Below, piece by piece: positions 1-9,177 of a stretch of 64,000 bases of DNA. Numbering within the stretch: the first letter of the stretch is position 1; each line of letters starts with the position of its first letter. Both the position numbers and the translations under genes were made by a program. Below the pieces are notes generated by a model. The model did not search any database. It was not told the origin of the DNA and was given only the letters and a program-made list of their open reading frames with translations. The DNA lies in contig CASFLH010000017.1 of assembly GCA_949295505.1 (NCBI GenBank), forward strand, positions 61,793 through 125,792, read 5' to 3'. Origin of the DNA: an uncultured Spirochaetales bacterium (lineage in GTDB: Bacteria > Spirochaetota > Spirochaetia > Sphaerochaetales > Sphaerochaetaceae).

Positions 1-1077
1 TTTGATGCAGCCATTGCTTCCGGTGGTGGAAGAATGGTTATAACGATGGATCGCTACAATGCCGACTGGGACATGGTGAAGCGCGGCTGGGAGACCCACG
101 TGCTTGGCGAAGGAAGAATGTTTGCATCCGCTCACGAGGCTATTGAGACGCTCAGGAAAGAAACCGGTGCAATCGATCAGGATCTGCCTCCGTTCGTAAT
201 TGCAGAGAATGGCAAGGCAATCGGAACAATAGAGGATGGGGATTCCGTAATCCTCTTCAATTTCCGAGGAGATAGGGCAATAGAGCTTTCCAGAGCTTTC
301 GATGAGCCGGATTTCACAGAGTTCGACAGGAAGAGATGGCCGAAAGTCGAGTATGCAGGCATGATGGAGTATGACGGAGATCTTCATATTCCTCATCAGT
401 ATCTTGTATCCCCGCCAGCTATCGACAGGGTAATGGCAGAGTATCTCTGCGCATCCGGTGTTAAGCAGTTCTCTATCTCAGAAACGCAGAAATTCGGACA
501 TGTGACATACTTCTTCAACGGAAACCGCTCCGGTAAGTTCGATGAAAAGCTTGAGGATTATGTTGAGATTCCTTCGGATAAGGTCCCATTCGAGGAGAGG
601 CCTTGGATGAAGTGCGCAGAGATCGCAGATCGCGTCATCGCTGAGATCGAAAGCGGTAAATGGGATTTCATCAAGCTCAACTTCCCCAATGGTGACATGG
701 TAGGACACACAGGTGTCTTCGAGGCAGTTGTATGCTCAATGGAGGCAATGGATCTGCAGATCGGCAGACTCAGGGAAGCAATTGAGAAGGCTGGAGGTAT
801 CATGGTTGTGACAGCAGATCATGGCAATGCCGATGATATGTTCGAGCACGACAAGAAGGGAGAGGTGAAGAGGAAGGAGAACGGGGAGCCGAAATCCAAG
901 ACATCCCATTCTCTTAATCCTGTTCCATGCATCATCTATGATCCTGAGTATAAGGGAGAGTATTCAAAGACCCTTAACGAAGGACTTGGGATTTCCTCAA
1001 TTGCAGCAACCTGCATGGATCTTCTCGGATTCGTCCCGCCGTCAGATTATGACAAGAGTGTTGTGACATTCTGCTGA
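1..1077 (+). CDS. gpmI: 2,3-bisphosphoglycerate-independent phosphoglycerate mutase, C-terminal part (5-prime end lies upstream of the window)
   Basis: Frame 1 is open from nt 1 (FDAAIASGGGRMVITMDRY...), so the ORF-track ATG at 34 is internal. Motifs ITMDRYxxDW, GHVTYFFNGN, NFPNGDMVGHTG and VTADHGNAD are typical of iPGM. Confidence 0.9.
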   Translation, partial: FDAAIASGGGRMVITMDRYNADWDMVKRGWETHVLGEGRMFASAHEAIETLRKETGAIDQDLPPFVIAENGKAIGTIEDGDSVILFNFRGDRAIELSRAFDEPDFTEFDRKRWPKVEYAGMMEYDGDLHIPHQYLVSPPAIDRVMAEYLCASGVKQFSISETQKFGHVTYFFNGNRSGKFDEKLEDYVEIPSDKVPFEERPWMKCAEIADRVIAEIESGKWDFIKLNFPNGDMVGHTGVFEAVVCSMEAMDLQIGRLREAIEKAGGIMVVTADHGNADDMFEHDKKGEVKRKENGEPKSKTSHSLNPVPCIIYDPEYKGEYSKTLNEGLGISSIAATCMDLLGFVPPSDYDKSVVTFC

Positions 1078-1096
1078 TTCTGAATCGGTCTACACA

Positions 1097-1130
1097 AGCC
1101 TTCCTGCTTCATTGTCGGGAAGGCTTTTTT
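1097..1130. terminator. Hairpin plus T-run between convergent genes (candidate bidirectional terminator)
   Basis: AGCCTTCC (1097-1104) pairs with GGAAGGCT (1117-1124), followed by TTTTTT (1125-1130). It sits between the gpmI stop and the stop of the minus-strand membrane gene. Confidence 0.6.
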
Positions 1131-1906
1131 CAGAACGTATTCTTCGATGTTATGGTGAGCATTATGATTCCCGTTATATATAGAATTCCGGAAACGATTG
1201 ACGGGATGATGATATTGCTCATCGAGAAGAAATTCCCGATCATCATCAAGATGAAAGCAACGGCCCTGCTGATGCTATGTGTTGATCTGTCCTTTGCTAC
1301 AGCTGCTATATATGTCGAGATGGAGACCAGGTAGATGCAAACCAAAGCGCCAAGAAGCAGGGCATCGTATGACGAGGAGAATACAGTCATTGTTGAGAGA
1401 TCTGTTGTTCCTGTATTCAGCGGCATTGCCAGTGAGAGGAAAAGCGCCGCACCTATGGTTGTGGTGAGATAGAGACGCAGCCTGGATGCATTTGTCCCAT
1501 AAAACTGCACGGCGGTGAAGACGAATACGATAGCCGCGGAAAGCATGGCGAAGCGCTCGATGATCAGGACGGCGTTCGGGGCAAGTATGGTGATTCCTGA
1601 TATCTCCGTGTAAAGCGGCATGATCATCGTTGACTCAAGCGCGATGAACGAGAAAAGCAGTGGAAGCAGCGTGCTGTCTATACTGTGCGTTCTGTGGCGG
1701 AGACGCAGGATGAATAGGAATATCAGCGAAGATATGATGATTGCCAGCTGCGGAAGATAAACCATCAGGTAGACAAACCATCCTGAGATCCTGCGCTGCA
1801 GCAGTATGACAGTCATGTGCACAAGCATCGCTGAATAGGCGATGGATATCAGAAGCTGCACCATGAGTGCAAAAGAGAATTGCTTTCTGCGCTTCCTTTC
1901 AGGCAT
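1130..1906 (-). CDS. Polytopic membrane protein, function unknown
   Basis: 258-aa ORF with about 7-8 hydrophobic segments. Its ATG overlaps the stop of the upstream gene (TGATG at 1904-1908). No recognisable family motif. Confidence 0.55.
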   Translation of the reverse strand: MPERKRRKQFSFALMVQLLISIAYSAMLVHMTVILLQRRISGWFVYLMVYLPQLAIIISSLIFLFILRLRHRTHSIDSTLLPLLFSFIALESTMIMPLYTEISGITILAPNAVLIIERFAMLSAAIVFVFTAVQFYGTNASRLRLYLTTTIGAALFLSLAMPLNTGTTDLSTMTVFSSSYDALLLGALVCIYLVSISTYIAAVAKDRSTHSISRAVAFILMMIGNFFSMSNIIIPSIVSGILYITGIIMLTITSKNTF

Positions 1907-3213
1907 CAGAGCGTATCCCTATATGGAACTTCCACATCAGTTCCGACAAAGCGCGATGCAATGCTGTTGCCGCATCCTATGATGAGATTATCAATCATTG
2001 CTCCCATACCGCAGAGAATCGGCATGAATGCTATCAGCGCATTCTCTGCGCCATATAGATTGATACCGAGCAGGCTGAGCGTCGTGACGGTTATCATAAG
2101 AGCTTCCGTTCCTGCGGAGGCGGAGGAAAACAGGGAAACAATTGCCGCTGTTCCCGCTGTAGCCGCGATTACCGTTCCGGAAGGCGCGCTTTCCGCTGTC
2201 GAGAGGAACAGAGAGAGAAGCGAGAGCACTGCAACAAACGCACTTCCTCCTTTGCCGATTACAGCCAGCAATGGTGTTGCTGTCGACGCTATTCTCTTCT
2301 GCACCCCAAGGCTATGTCTGGCAACGCTCTCACTGAGAGGAATAGACGCGATTGTGCTGGCCGTGGTGAGACCCATAACAGATGGAGCAATTGAACGATA
2401 TATGATTCTATATGGGTTCTTGCGGAAGAGTGTGAAAACCGCGTAGAGGACAGGAAGGACCACAAGGATTGCAGCTGCGGCTGCTATGAGAAGGAATTCT
2501 GCATATTCAGGAACCGCAAACAGCGTTTTTTCCTGATAGATATCCGTAAAGAAAGAGGCAGATGACACAAAGACAAGAAGAAATCCATACACTGAATAGG
2601 TTCTGGATATCCTGTACATCACCTCAGAAAAGGAATTCATCGTAGTATATGCGGGCCTGATCACATCCGCAGATGGCTTGAGAGCCAGACCGAGAATCCA
2701 CGCGATTATTATGAGAGGGACAATGAAACGCGTTGTCGATGAGACCGTCCAGAAAGCATTGATCGGGAAGAGGGCGCTCTTTGCTGAACTGAGCATATAT
2801 GAAACGTGGCTTGCCAATGCTCCGGGAGCGCTTCCTGCAGAGCTCGTGACAGGGAATGCTTCGGGTCTGATGATGAAAACAAGCGCTGCGGCAAAAGAGA
2901 GAACCAGTGAGGACACGACTGCCCACAGAAGAGAGGCACCGGCAGATCTCCAGCCTTTCCTGTCTTTCATAAGTGAAGCTGTTCCCGCGGGGATTGTTAC
3001 GAACATGATAGGAATGGTGATGAATACGCCAAGACTTATCAGATATGAAGAGACAGAGGAAAGAATTCCAGCAGTGTATGGAAATGATCCGAAAAGCAGT
3101 GCCGTCGCAAGCCCCATAAGCATCGCGGCGATATATGTTATCCACGTTTTCATATTGAGAGGATACAGCACCTCTATGCAGTAGTCAATCTTGGAAGCGG
3201 TTTGTTCCGACAT
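1906..3213 (-). CDS. Divergent dicarboxylate/amino acid:cation symporter (SDF/DAACS)-like transporter
   Basis: 435 aa with many TM segments. TASTIASIPLS and GKGGSAF resemble the SSSAATLP and NMDGTA motifs of SDF carriers. The assignment is by pattern only. Confidence 0.5.
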   Translation of the reverse strand: MSEQTASKIDYCIEVLYPLNMKTWITYIAAMLMGLATALLFGSFPYTAGILSSVSSYLISLGVFITIPIMFVTIPAGTASLMKDRKGWRSAGASLLWAVVSSLVLSFAAALVFIIRPEAFPVTSSAGSAPGALASHVSYMLSSAKSALFPINAFWTVSSTTRFIVPLIIIAWILGLALKPSADVIRPAYTTMNSFSEVMYRISRTYSVYGFLLVFVSSASFFTDIYQEKTLFAVPEYAEFLLIAAAAAILVVLPVLYAVFTLFRKNPYRIIYRSIAPSVMGLTTASTIASIPLSESVARHSLGVQKRIASTATPLLAVIGKGGSAFVAVLSLLSLFLSTAESAPSGTVIAATAGTAAIVSLFSSASAGTEALMITVTTLSLLGINLYGAENALIAFMPILCGMGAMIDNLIIGCGNSIASRFVGTDVEVPYRDTL

Positions 3214-3260
3214 TATACAAGTGCATGCAACTTCTTTTATTATAAAGGCTTGGATGTGTG

Positions 3261-3291
3261 GAAAAGAAAGGAGCAGGATGCTCCCTGCTCC
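3261..3291 (-). terminator. Rho-independent terminator downstream of the GH13 gene
   Basis: On the minus strand GGAGCAGG-gagcatc-CCTGCTCC is followed by TTTCTTTTC, immediately after the stop at 3299-3301. Confidence 0.6.
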
Positions 3292-3298
3292 TTATCCC

Positions 3299-6200
3299 CT
3301 AGTTCTCTTTTTCTTTGGGTTCCTCTTTTCTGAGAAGTTCCTTAAGCCTGTAGCCGCTTCCTGCCTCTTTCTCAAACAGCTCTCTGATATATTCGTCCGG
3401 ATTGAAATCACGGGAAGATGGTGAGAGGGCGAACGAAAGGGCGGAAAGCAGCATAGCCCGCTGCATCTGTTCTTTGTTGTACCAGATCTCTCCTTGATAC
3501 TCATTGCACTGCGTGAGATTCTGGACACCTTCGTCGCTTGCGATAGAAGTGAAGAGCTCGATAGCTGAAAGATCCTTCTGATATGCTTTTCCGGCAACAG
3601 TGAGGATTGCCGCCCCATGTGTTATCGCTCTCCTTTCATTCTCGTTGAAGCCAAGTTCATTGAACTCATACTCGAAGAAAGCATCGATGAGCAGCCTGTC
3701 AGTCTCTTCCATCGCTCCTCTTATATCGAGAGAGGTGGCAAACGGATGGAGCACAAGTGAGGAGGCGAGGGTCATCACAAGTGAACTGTCAGCAGATGCC
3801 CATGCCACGAACACCTTGCCCTTCTTTTCCCTGAATAGGGAGGCAAGCGTTCGTATCAGCTTGATCATCGGTTTCGGCTCCACTTCTTCCGGTATCACGG
3901 CAATCTGTCCCTTGGCTGGTTCCTCAAGAGTCTTGTATACCTCCGGAATCGTCGTGTAGCATTCTGCAATCGAAAGCAGCAGGTCTCTTTCGCCCTGCTT
4001 TGACAGCCGACCGTTGACAAGATCTTCCAGATGCTTGAGCGTTTCCTGGGTCCTGAGCATTTCCATGGCTTTGAAAAGCGGTTCAAGGCGCAGCAGGGCA
4101 ACAGCTTTAGCTATATTCCTGATTCCTTTCCTTCCGAACATCCTCCACAGCCTTTCATAACTGCCATCGGTATCCTCAACCTGTCTGATGTTCCAGTATA
4201 CTCTTGCCTCGTATCCATTGAGCGTGAATGAGAAGCCTTCATCATACAGCTGTATCGATGGGATTATGTATGTCAGACCGTCGGAGAAGCAGTCGAGGAG
4301 CGCGTAATTACGCCCGCCGAAGGACAGGCCAAGATTGTCGGCGAGTTTCATCGTGACAGCTGTCCTTGCATCCTTGTCCTTCTTGAGCTTCGGGACAGAT
4401 ACGCTTATCGTTCCTCCACATGTTTCATACTGGTTGTTTACAAGGACAAGTGTCCGTTCTGTGTCTACACCGTTAACGAATGCATAGATGGACTCCTCGA
4501 CGCCGCCGTTCTGGTTGTAGCAGTCATAAAGCTGGAAATACTCAACACCGGAGAAAAGGTATCTTCTTCTGAAGAGAGGGAAGATCCTGCGGTAGTGCTC
4601 ACCGACAAGCCAGCCATTCGGCTGTTCGTTGTAGTAAGCACGCTTGTATTCCATGCCATATTTCTCATGATAGCCTTCAATCTGGCCATGTCCGACCATC
4701 GGCAGGCCAGGAAGCGTTGCCAGCAGTGTGCAGACAGCGAAATACTTGTCCCCATCTCCGAACTGCGCGATTGCTGTTTCCTCATCCGGGTTGTTCATGA
4801 AGTTCACGTATCGTTTGAGAATCTCTGGTTCAAAGACAAGGGTGTTCTTTATTCCTAGCCTGTATTTCTGATTCTCCTGATTCTTGAGCATGTTCATGAA
4901 GGCGGAGTTGTATACCCTGTGCATGCCAAGCGTTCTGACGAAATAGCCTTCCATCATCCAGAAAGCCTCGGCGAGAAGCAGGGTGTCAGGGACTTCCTGG
5001 GCGACCCTGTCCACGACCTCCCTCCAGAATTCCTGCGGAATACGGCGGTTGAATTCCTCGTCGCTCATTGCATAGCGGGCTCTTCCCGCGATATCACCAC
5101 CATGTCCCGGTTTCGGATACCAGAGACGCTGGATATGACGCTTTGCCAGTGTCATGGCAGCATCAAAACGGATGATCGGGAAGTTCCTTGCGACATGCAG
5201 AATCTTCTGTATGACAGCCTCTCTTGTGACCGGATTGAGATAATCCAGCTGAGCAGTATCGTTCCAGGGCATCGATGTGCCATCATTTCCATGGAAGATA
5301 TAGCGAGTCTGCCCGGACCTCTTGTCCCTTAGCATGAATGTCACAGCCGCATCTGTTCTGTCGTAATAATGATCCTCGATTTTGACCTCATAATCAGGAT
5401 TCGTAGAAAGATCAGGACCATTGAATGTATATGACGGATAAGGCGGCCAGTCCTGCTGGACGAAATAATCCGGATGATCATAAACCCAGTTTCCATCGAT
5501 ACCCGTATGATTCGGGACCATATCCGAAGCAAGCCTTATGCCACGCTCCCGGCATCTCTGCCTGAGGTTATCCAGCGCTTCCCATCCTCCGATGGACGAG
5601 GCGATCTCATAGTCTTTCAGCGAATAAGCAGAGGCTTCCGCATCCGGATTGCCGCAAAGATTTTTTATCTGCTTCGAGGCTGAAGAACGTTCCCAGAGTC
5701 CTATGAGCCAGAGCGCTGTGAATCCTCTTTCCCTCAGCAGGTCAAGCTCTTCATCAGGTATCTGGTCCAGGCGGGTGATTGATCTCTTGTATTGCTTCGA
5801 GAGCTGGTCAAGCCACACAAGCGTGCATTTTGCCATCATGACTACGCGTGGCATCCAGTTCGAATCGTCGGAGAATGCCTCGTACTCATTGAGTTCACTG
5901 TCCGAGTAGTCTATGACCTGTGTCGGTCCTCCTCCGCCACCGACACCTCCGCGGTCCTTCTCCTCTTCATGAATGTAATCCAGGGAAGTTTCGAGCAGCT
6001 TTATGAGATCCGCTGGAAGGAAAGCACTCCATTCCCTGAGGATGTATCTGATCTGCTCATCCAGGGAATTGGGATAAAGCCTCGCAGGAAGCTGCAGCAT
6101 CGTGAAGATATCATCAGTGTTGGGCTGACCGTTCCTGAGATCATCCTTGACATATGAAGACAGGATGCTTGAAAGCGCTTTGCATTCAGGCGGATAGATA

Positions 6201-6679
6201 ATCTGATCCGGAGAAACAAAAGGTTTCGATGCCGCCATGAGCGCAGGATTCATCATAAGGACCTGATGGATGAAGAAACCTCTCATGTCCTCAGTCATCC
6301 TGGTAGCAGAATCCGGTTTCTTCTCTTCAAGAGCCGGAGAGGGGAATGTCTTTGCATAGAAGCCCAATGCATTCGACAGCTCATCATTTGATGCTATCGT
6401 TGCTATTCTTCTCGTAAAGAAATCACTCTGTCCGTCTCCCATCCGCGCGGACAGCACAATCTGATAAATCAGATGGAGAACAGCAGAGGCATGCAGTCTG
6501 CCAGGAGAGACAAAACCTCCCTCAGCCCCGCTTTTCTTGAGTTCGGAATTGTATCTGTAAGCAAGCAGGGATGCTTCCCTGTACAGAAGATCCAGGCTTT
6601 CATCGGTTGGGAACACCGATCCGTTTATCTTGATCCTATCCCTTGTCACCAAGGGGATTCTTAAATCCCTTTTCTCCAT
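3299..6679 (-). CDS. Large alpha-amylase family (GH13) glycoside hydrolase/transferase with long N- and C-terminal extensions
   Basis: 1126 aa. GH13 region I DMVPNHTG, region II IIRFDAAM, region III LLLAEAFW and a region IV-like VNFMNNPDEE are present. About 330 aa lie upstream and about 400 aa downstream of the catalytic core. Confidence 0.8.
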   Translation of the reverse strand: MEKRDLRIPLVTRDRIKINGSVFPTDESLDLLYREASLLAYRYNSELKKSGAEGGFVSPGRLHASAVLHLIYQIVLSARMGDGQSDFFTRRIATIASNDELSNALGFYAKTFPSPALEEKKPDSATRMTEDMRGFFIHQVLMMNPALMAASKPFVSPDQIIYPPECKALSSILSSYVKDDLRNGQPNTDDIFTMLQLPARLYPNSLDEQIRYILREWSAFLPADLIKLLETSLDYIHEEEKDRGGVGGGGGPTQVIDYSDSELNEYEAFSDDSNWMPRVVMMAKCTLVWLDQLSKQYKRSITRLDQIPDEELDLLRERGFTALWLIGLWERSSASKQIKNLCGNPDAEASAYSLKDYEIASSIGGWEALDNLRQRCRERGIRLASDMVPNHTGIDGNWVYDHPDYFVQQDWPPYPSYTFNGPDLSTNPDYEVKIEDHYYDRTDAAVTFMLRDKRSGQTRYIFHGNDGTSMPWNDTAQLDYLNPVTREAVIQKILHVARNFPIIRFDAAMTLAKRHIQRLWYPKPGHGGDIAGRARYAMSDEEFNRRIPQEFWREVVDRVAQEVPDTLLLAEAFWMMEGYFVRTLGMHRVYNSAFMNMLKNQENQKYRLGIKNTLVFEPEILKRYVNFMNNPDEETAIAQFGDGDKYFAVCTLLATLPGLPMVGHGQIEGYHEKYGMEYKRAYYNEQPNGWLVGEHYRRIFPLFRRRYLFSGVEYFQLYDCYNQNGGVEESIYAFVNGVDTERTLVLVNNQYETCGGTISVSVPKLKKDKDARTAVTMKLADNLGLSFGGRNYALLDCFSDGLTYIIPSIQLYDEGFSFTLNGYEARVYWNIRQVEDTDGSYERLWRMFGRKGIRNIAKAVALLRLEPLFKAMEMLRTQETLKHLEDLVNGRLSKQGERDLLLSIAECYTTIPEVYKTLEEPAKGQIAVIPEEVEPKPMIKLIRTLASLFREKKGKVFVAWASADSSLVMTLASSLVLHPFATSLDIRGAMEETDRLLIDAFFEYEFNELGFNENERRAITHGAAILTVAGKAYQKDLSAIELFTSIASDEGVQNLTQCNEYQGEIWYNKEQMQRAMLLSALSFALSPSSRDFNPDEYIRELFEKEAGSGYRLKELLRKEEPKEKEN

Positions 6680-6753
6680 TCCAACCCTCTTCTAGTCCTG
6701 TCTATTCTAGCATATAAAAAGGCCTCTTTTAAGCGTAATTTAGAGATTACGGC

Positions 6754-7599
6754 CTATCTTGAGGATACAAAGAGTCCGGCGAGAGTCATAAAGGCACCCG
6801 CGGCTGTGAGCAGGGTAAGCTTCTCCCCGAGGAACAGGACGGATGCCATTACGGTAATGACGGGAACAAGATAGATGAAGATGCTTGTCTTCATCGCGCC
6901 AAGCCTGCGGACCGCAACGCTCCATAGCACAAAACAGAGCGCAGAGGCAGCTACGCCAAGAAAAAGCAGGTTCAGGATATTCTGTGCTGAGAATGCTTCC
7001 CTTCCGTTTCCCATGCCGTTCCAGAACATAAGAGGGCAGAGCATGAAAACAAGGCCGTAGAGGAAAGACCTTCTCGCTGTCAGGGTTTCTGGATAGCCGA
7101 ATGTGCTGATTCTTTTGGTGACAACCGCGTATACAGCCCAGACCATTGCGGCGAGAAGTGCAAGCGCATCGCCGATGAGCCCTTCGGTATTGACGCTTAT
7201 GGAGCTCAGGCTCATCAGCATGATTCCCGCAATCGCAATGGCAAATCCCAGGAAGAACCGTATGTCTTTCTTTTCCCTGGAGAGCAGGGCGGTGAAGAAA
7301 GGTGCGGTCGAGACGATTACCCCTGCGTTTGACGCGCTCGTCCACAGCATGGAGGCGTTCTCAAGGAAGTAGTAGAGGAAAATCCCTGATAATCCAGCCA
7401 GGATGAAGTACTTCTCTTCCTTCCATCCCTTGCTCCGGAGCCTTCTGGGAGAGACTATGAACAGGGCGATCATGCCTATCAGGAACCGTGAGAAGAGAAT
7501 CTCCACGGGAGTGAATGTCTGCAAAAGGATTTTTGTGGAGACAAATGTCAGTCCCCAGATCGCTGCGGTGACTGAGGCTGCGGCATATCCTGGATTCAT
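6754..7599 (-). CDS. EamA/DMT family transporter
   Basis: 281 aa with about 10 TM segments in two similar halves. The N-terminus AAIWGLTFVSTK is typical of EamA repeats. There is a 4-nt ATGA overlap with pth. Confidence 0.75.
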   Translation of the reverse strand: MNPGYAAASVTAAIWGLTFVSTKILLQTFTPVEILFSRFLIGMIALFIVSPRRLRSKGWKEEKYFILAGLSGIFLYYFLENASMLWTSASNAGVIVSTAPFFTALLSREKKDIRFFLGFAIAIAGIMLMSLSSISVNTEGLIGDALALLAAMVWAVYAVVTKRISTFGYPETLTARRSFLYGLVFMLCPLMFWNGMGNGREAFSAQNILNLLFLGVAASALCFVLWSVAVRRLGAMKTSIFIYLVPVITVMASVLFLGEKLTLLTAAGAFMTLAGLFVSSR

Positions 7600-8117
7600 T
7601 TTACTGAAATCTCCTTTTCCTCCGGGGATGCGATAAGAGGCCGGAGACGGTCGAAGAGCGTGGAGAGGATGATGGCCTCATCCTTTTTGAAAGGCGACGT
7701 CACATAAAGTCTCACATCCCCATGCACCGGCCTGCCGATCCCTATTCTCAGCCTGAAGAAATCCGCAGATCCGATTCTCTCCTTTATGCTTCTCAGGCCA
7801 TTGTGTCCCTGAAGCCCTCCGCCTTTCTGCAGTTTTGCTTTCCCGAGCGGCAGTTCGAGGTCGTCATGGATGATGAGTATCTCCTCAGCTTTCAGCTTGT
7901 AGAACGTGGCAGCTTCTGAGACCGCTGTGCCAGAGAGATTCATCATCGTCATGGGTTTTAAGATCTTCCTTCCACCGTCTTCCGTCATCATTGAATGGAA
8001 TTTCATCTTCCAGGAGGCAGTCGGATAGATCGAATCAGCGAGCAGGAAACCGGCATTATGCCGCGTCTCCCTGTATTCCTTTCCCGGGTTTCCCAGGAAC
8101 ACAAGCAGTTTTATCAT
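7596..8117 (-). CDS. pth: Peptidyl-tRNA hydrolase
   Basis: Motifs LVFLGNPGKEYxxTRHNAGF, IIHDDLELPLGK and GGHNGLRSI; 173 aa. Confidence 0.92.
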   Translation of the reverse strand: MIKLLVFLGNPGKEYRETRHNAGFLLADSIYPTASWKMKFHSMMTEDGGRKILKPMTMMNLSGTAVSEAATFYKLKAEEILIIHDDLELPLGKAKLQKGGGLQGHNGLRSIKERIGSADFFRLRIGIGRPVHGDVRLYVTSPFKKDEAIILSTLFDRLRPLIASPEEKEISVK

Positions 8118-8668
8118 GCGCCTATGAAACTGAGGAAACGCTCTGCCTGGTCCTTCAGCCTCCTCCTGTCCTCATCGTCCATATAGAGCGTGCCGGAAGC
8201 AAAAGAGGCCGCGGATAACCTTATTCCGGTCTCCTCTCCTTCCATATGGTTCATCCTCATCATCGAAGCAAGCTTCTCAAGCTGCTTTCTCGCCTCCATT
8301 CCCCCCGAGTGACCTGCTGCGCCCGAGAATGTCACTTTCATGCCGGTCATGGCTGTCACCCTGTCCGGATCATCCTTCACAAGGGACCTTGAAAGCCAGT
8401 CAAGAAGATTCTTGAGGCCGCCTGGTATATATGAGTTGTATTCAGGCGAGAATATCCAGATACCATCCGCTTCCATTATCTCCGCCCTGATTCTGCGGAC
8501 TTCTTCCGGAGCGGGATATTCATCATCCTGCGAGAAAAAAGGAATGGCGGAGTAATCCAGGAATGACACACAGGCTCTTGTCCCGATGATTGCCGCTGCT
8601 GATTCCGCAAGAGCTCTGTTGAAAGAATTCTTTCTCCGTGAACCGGAAATGAATATGATTCTCTTCAT
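8114..8668 (-). CDS. NAD(P)H-dependent FMN reductase family oxidoreductase
   Basis: MKRIIFISGSRRKNSFN and SPEYNSYIPGGLKNLLDW give a flavodoxin-like pattern. The start was moved from the ORF-track 8776 to the ATG at 8668, where homology begins. Confidence 0.78.
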   Translation of the reverse strand: MKRIIFISGSRRKNSFNRALAESAAAIIGTRACVSFLDYSAIPFFSQDDEYPAPEEVRRIRAEIMEADGIWIFSPEYNSYIPGGLKNLLDWLSRSLVKDDPDRVTAMTGMKVTFSGAAGHSGGMEARKQLEKLASMMRMNHMEGEETGIRLSAASFASGTLYMDDEDRRRLKDQAERFLSFIGA

Positions 8669-8766
8669 CTGCTGTCTCCGTTTCTGAATATATGCAAACT
8701 CCTTGATTAGAGGAAGGGAGAGTGAGGTAAAATATGCACGCACGTATTTGTCATGGAGGTGATAAT

Positions 8767-9177
8767 ATGGCAACAACCAAAGTAAACGGGGACTTCATCC
8801 TTAAGATCCTCGTTGGCATCCTATTTGTTGTGATCGGAATTGAAGGCATTGCCGATTTCGGCGGAAATGCGCTTTATGATGAACTTGATCAGACCTTTGA
8901 TATCATTGTCGGTGTCGTTCTTCTTGTCGCGGGCCTTCTGCTTATCGTTCCTTCCTTCATCGGAGGAATCAAGGCATCTTTCGTGAAGGTATCTACGCTG
9001 GTGGTACTGATCGCATGGATCATCTTCATCGTTCTCGAGGATTTTGTTTATGGTCTTGGCGGACTCAATGGCGATGAGTGGTTCCTCTGGCTTGAGGATC
9101 TTATCTACCATCTTCTCATTCTCTACTGCATCTACAGGGTCGCTTCGCCAGCGGTACGCAAGCTTGGCAATAAGTGA
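8767..9177 (+). CDS. Small 4-TM membrane protein, function unknown
   Basis: ATG at 8767 is preceded by GGAGGTG (8756-8762). The 136-aa product has four hydrophobic segments. Confidence 0.55.
   Translation: MATTKVNGDFILKILVGILFVVIGIEGIADFGGNALYDELDQTFDIIVGVVLLVAGLLLIVPSFIGGIKASFVKVSTLVVLIAWIIFIVLEDFVYGLGGLNGDEWFLWLEDLIYHLLILYCIYRVASPAVRKLGNK

Noticed and set aside
6740-7345. 201-aa minus-strand ORF in an alternative frame of the EamA gene
   Set aside because: It is Arg/Cys/His-rich nonsense in a second frame of a clear 10-TM transporter gene.
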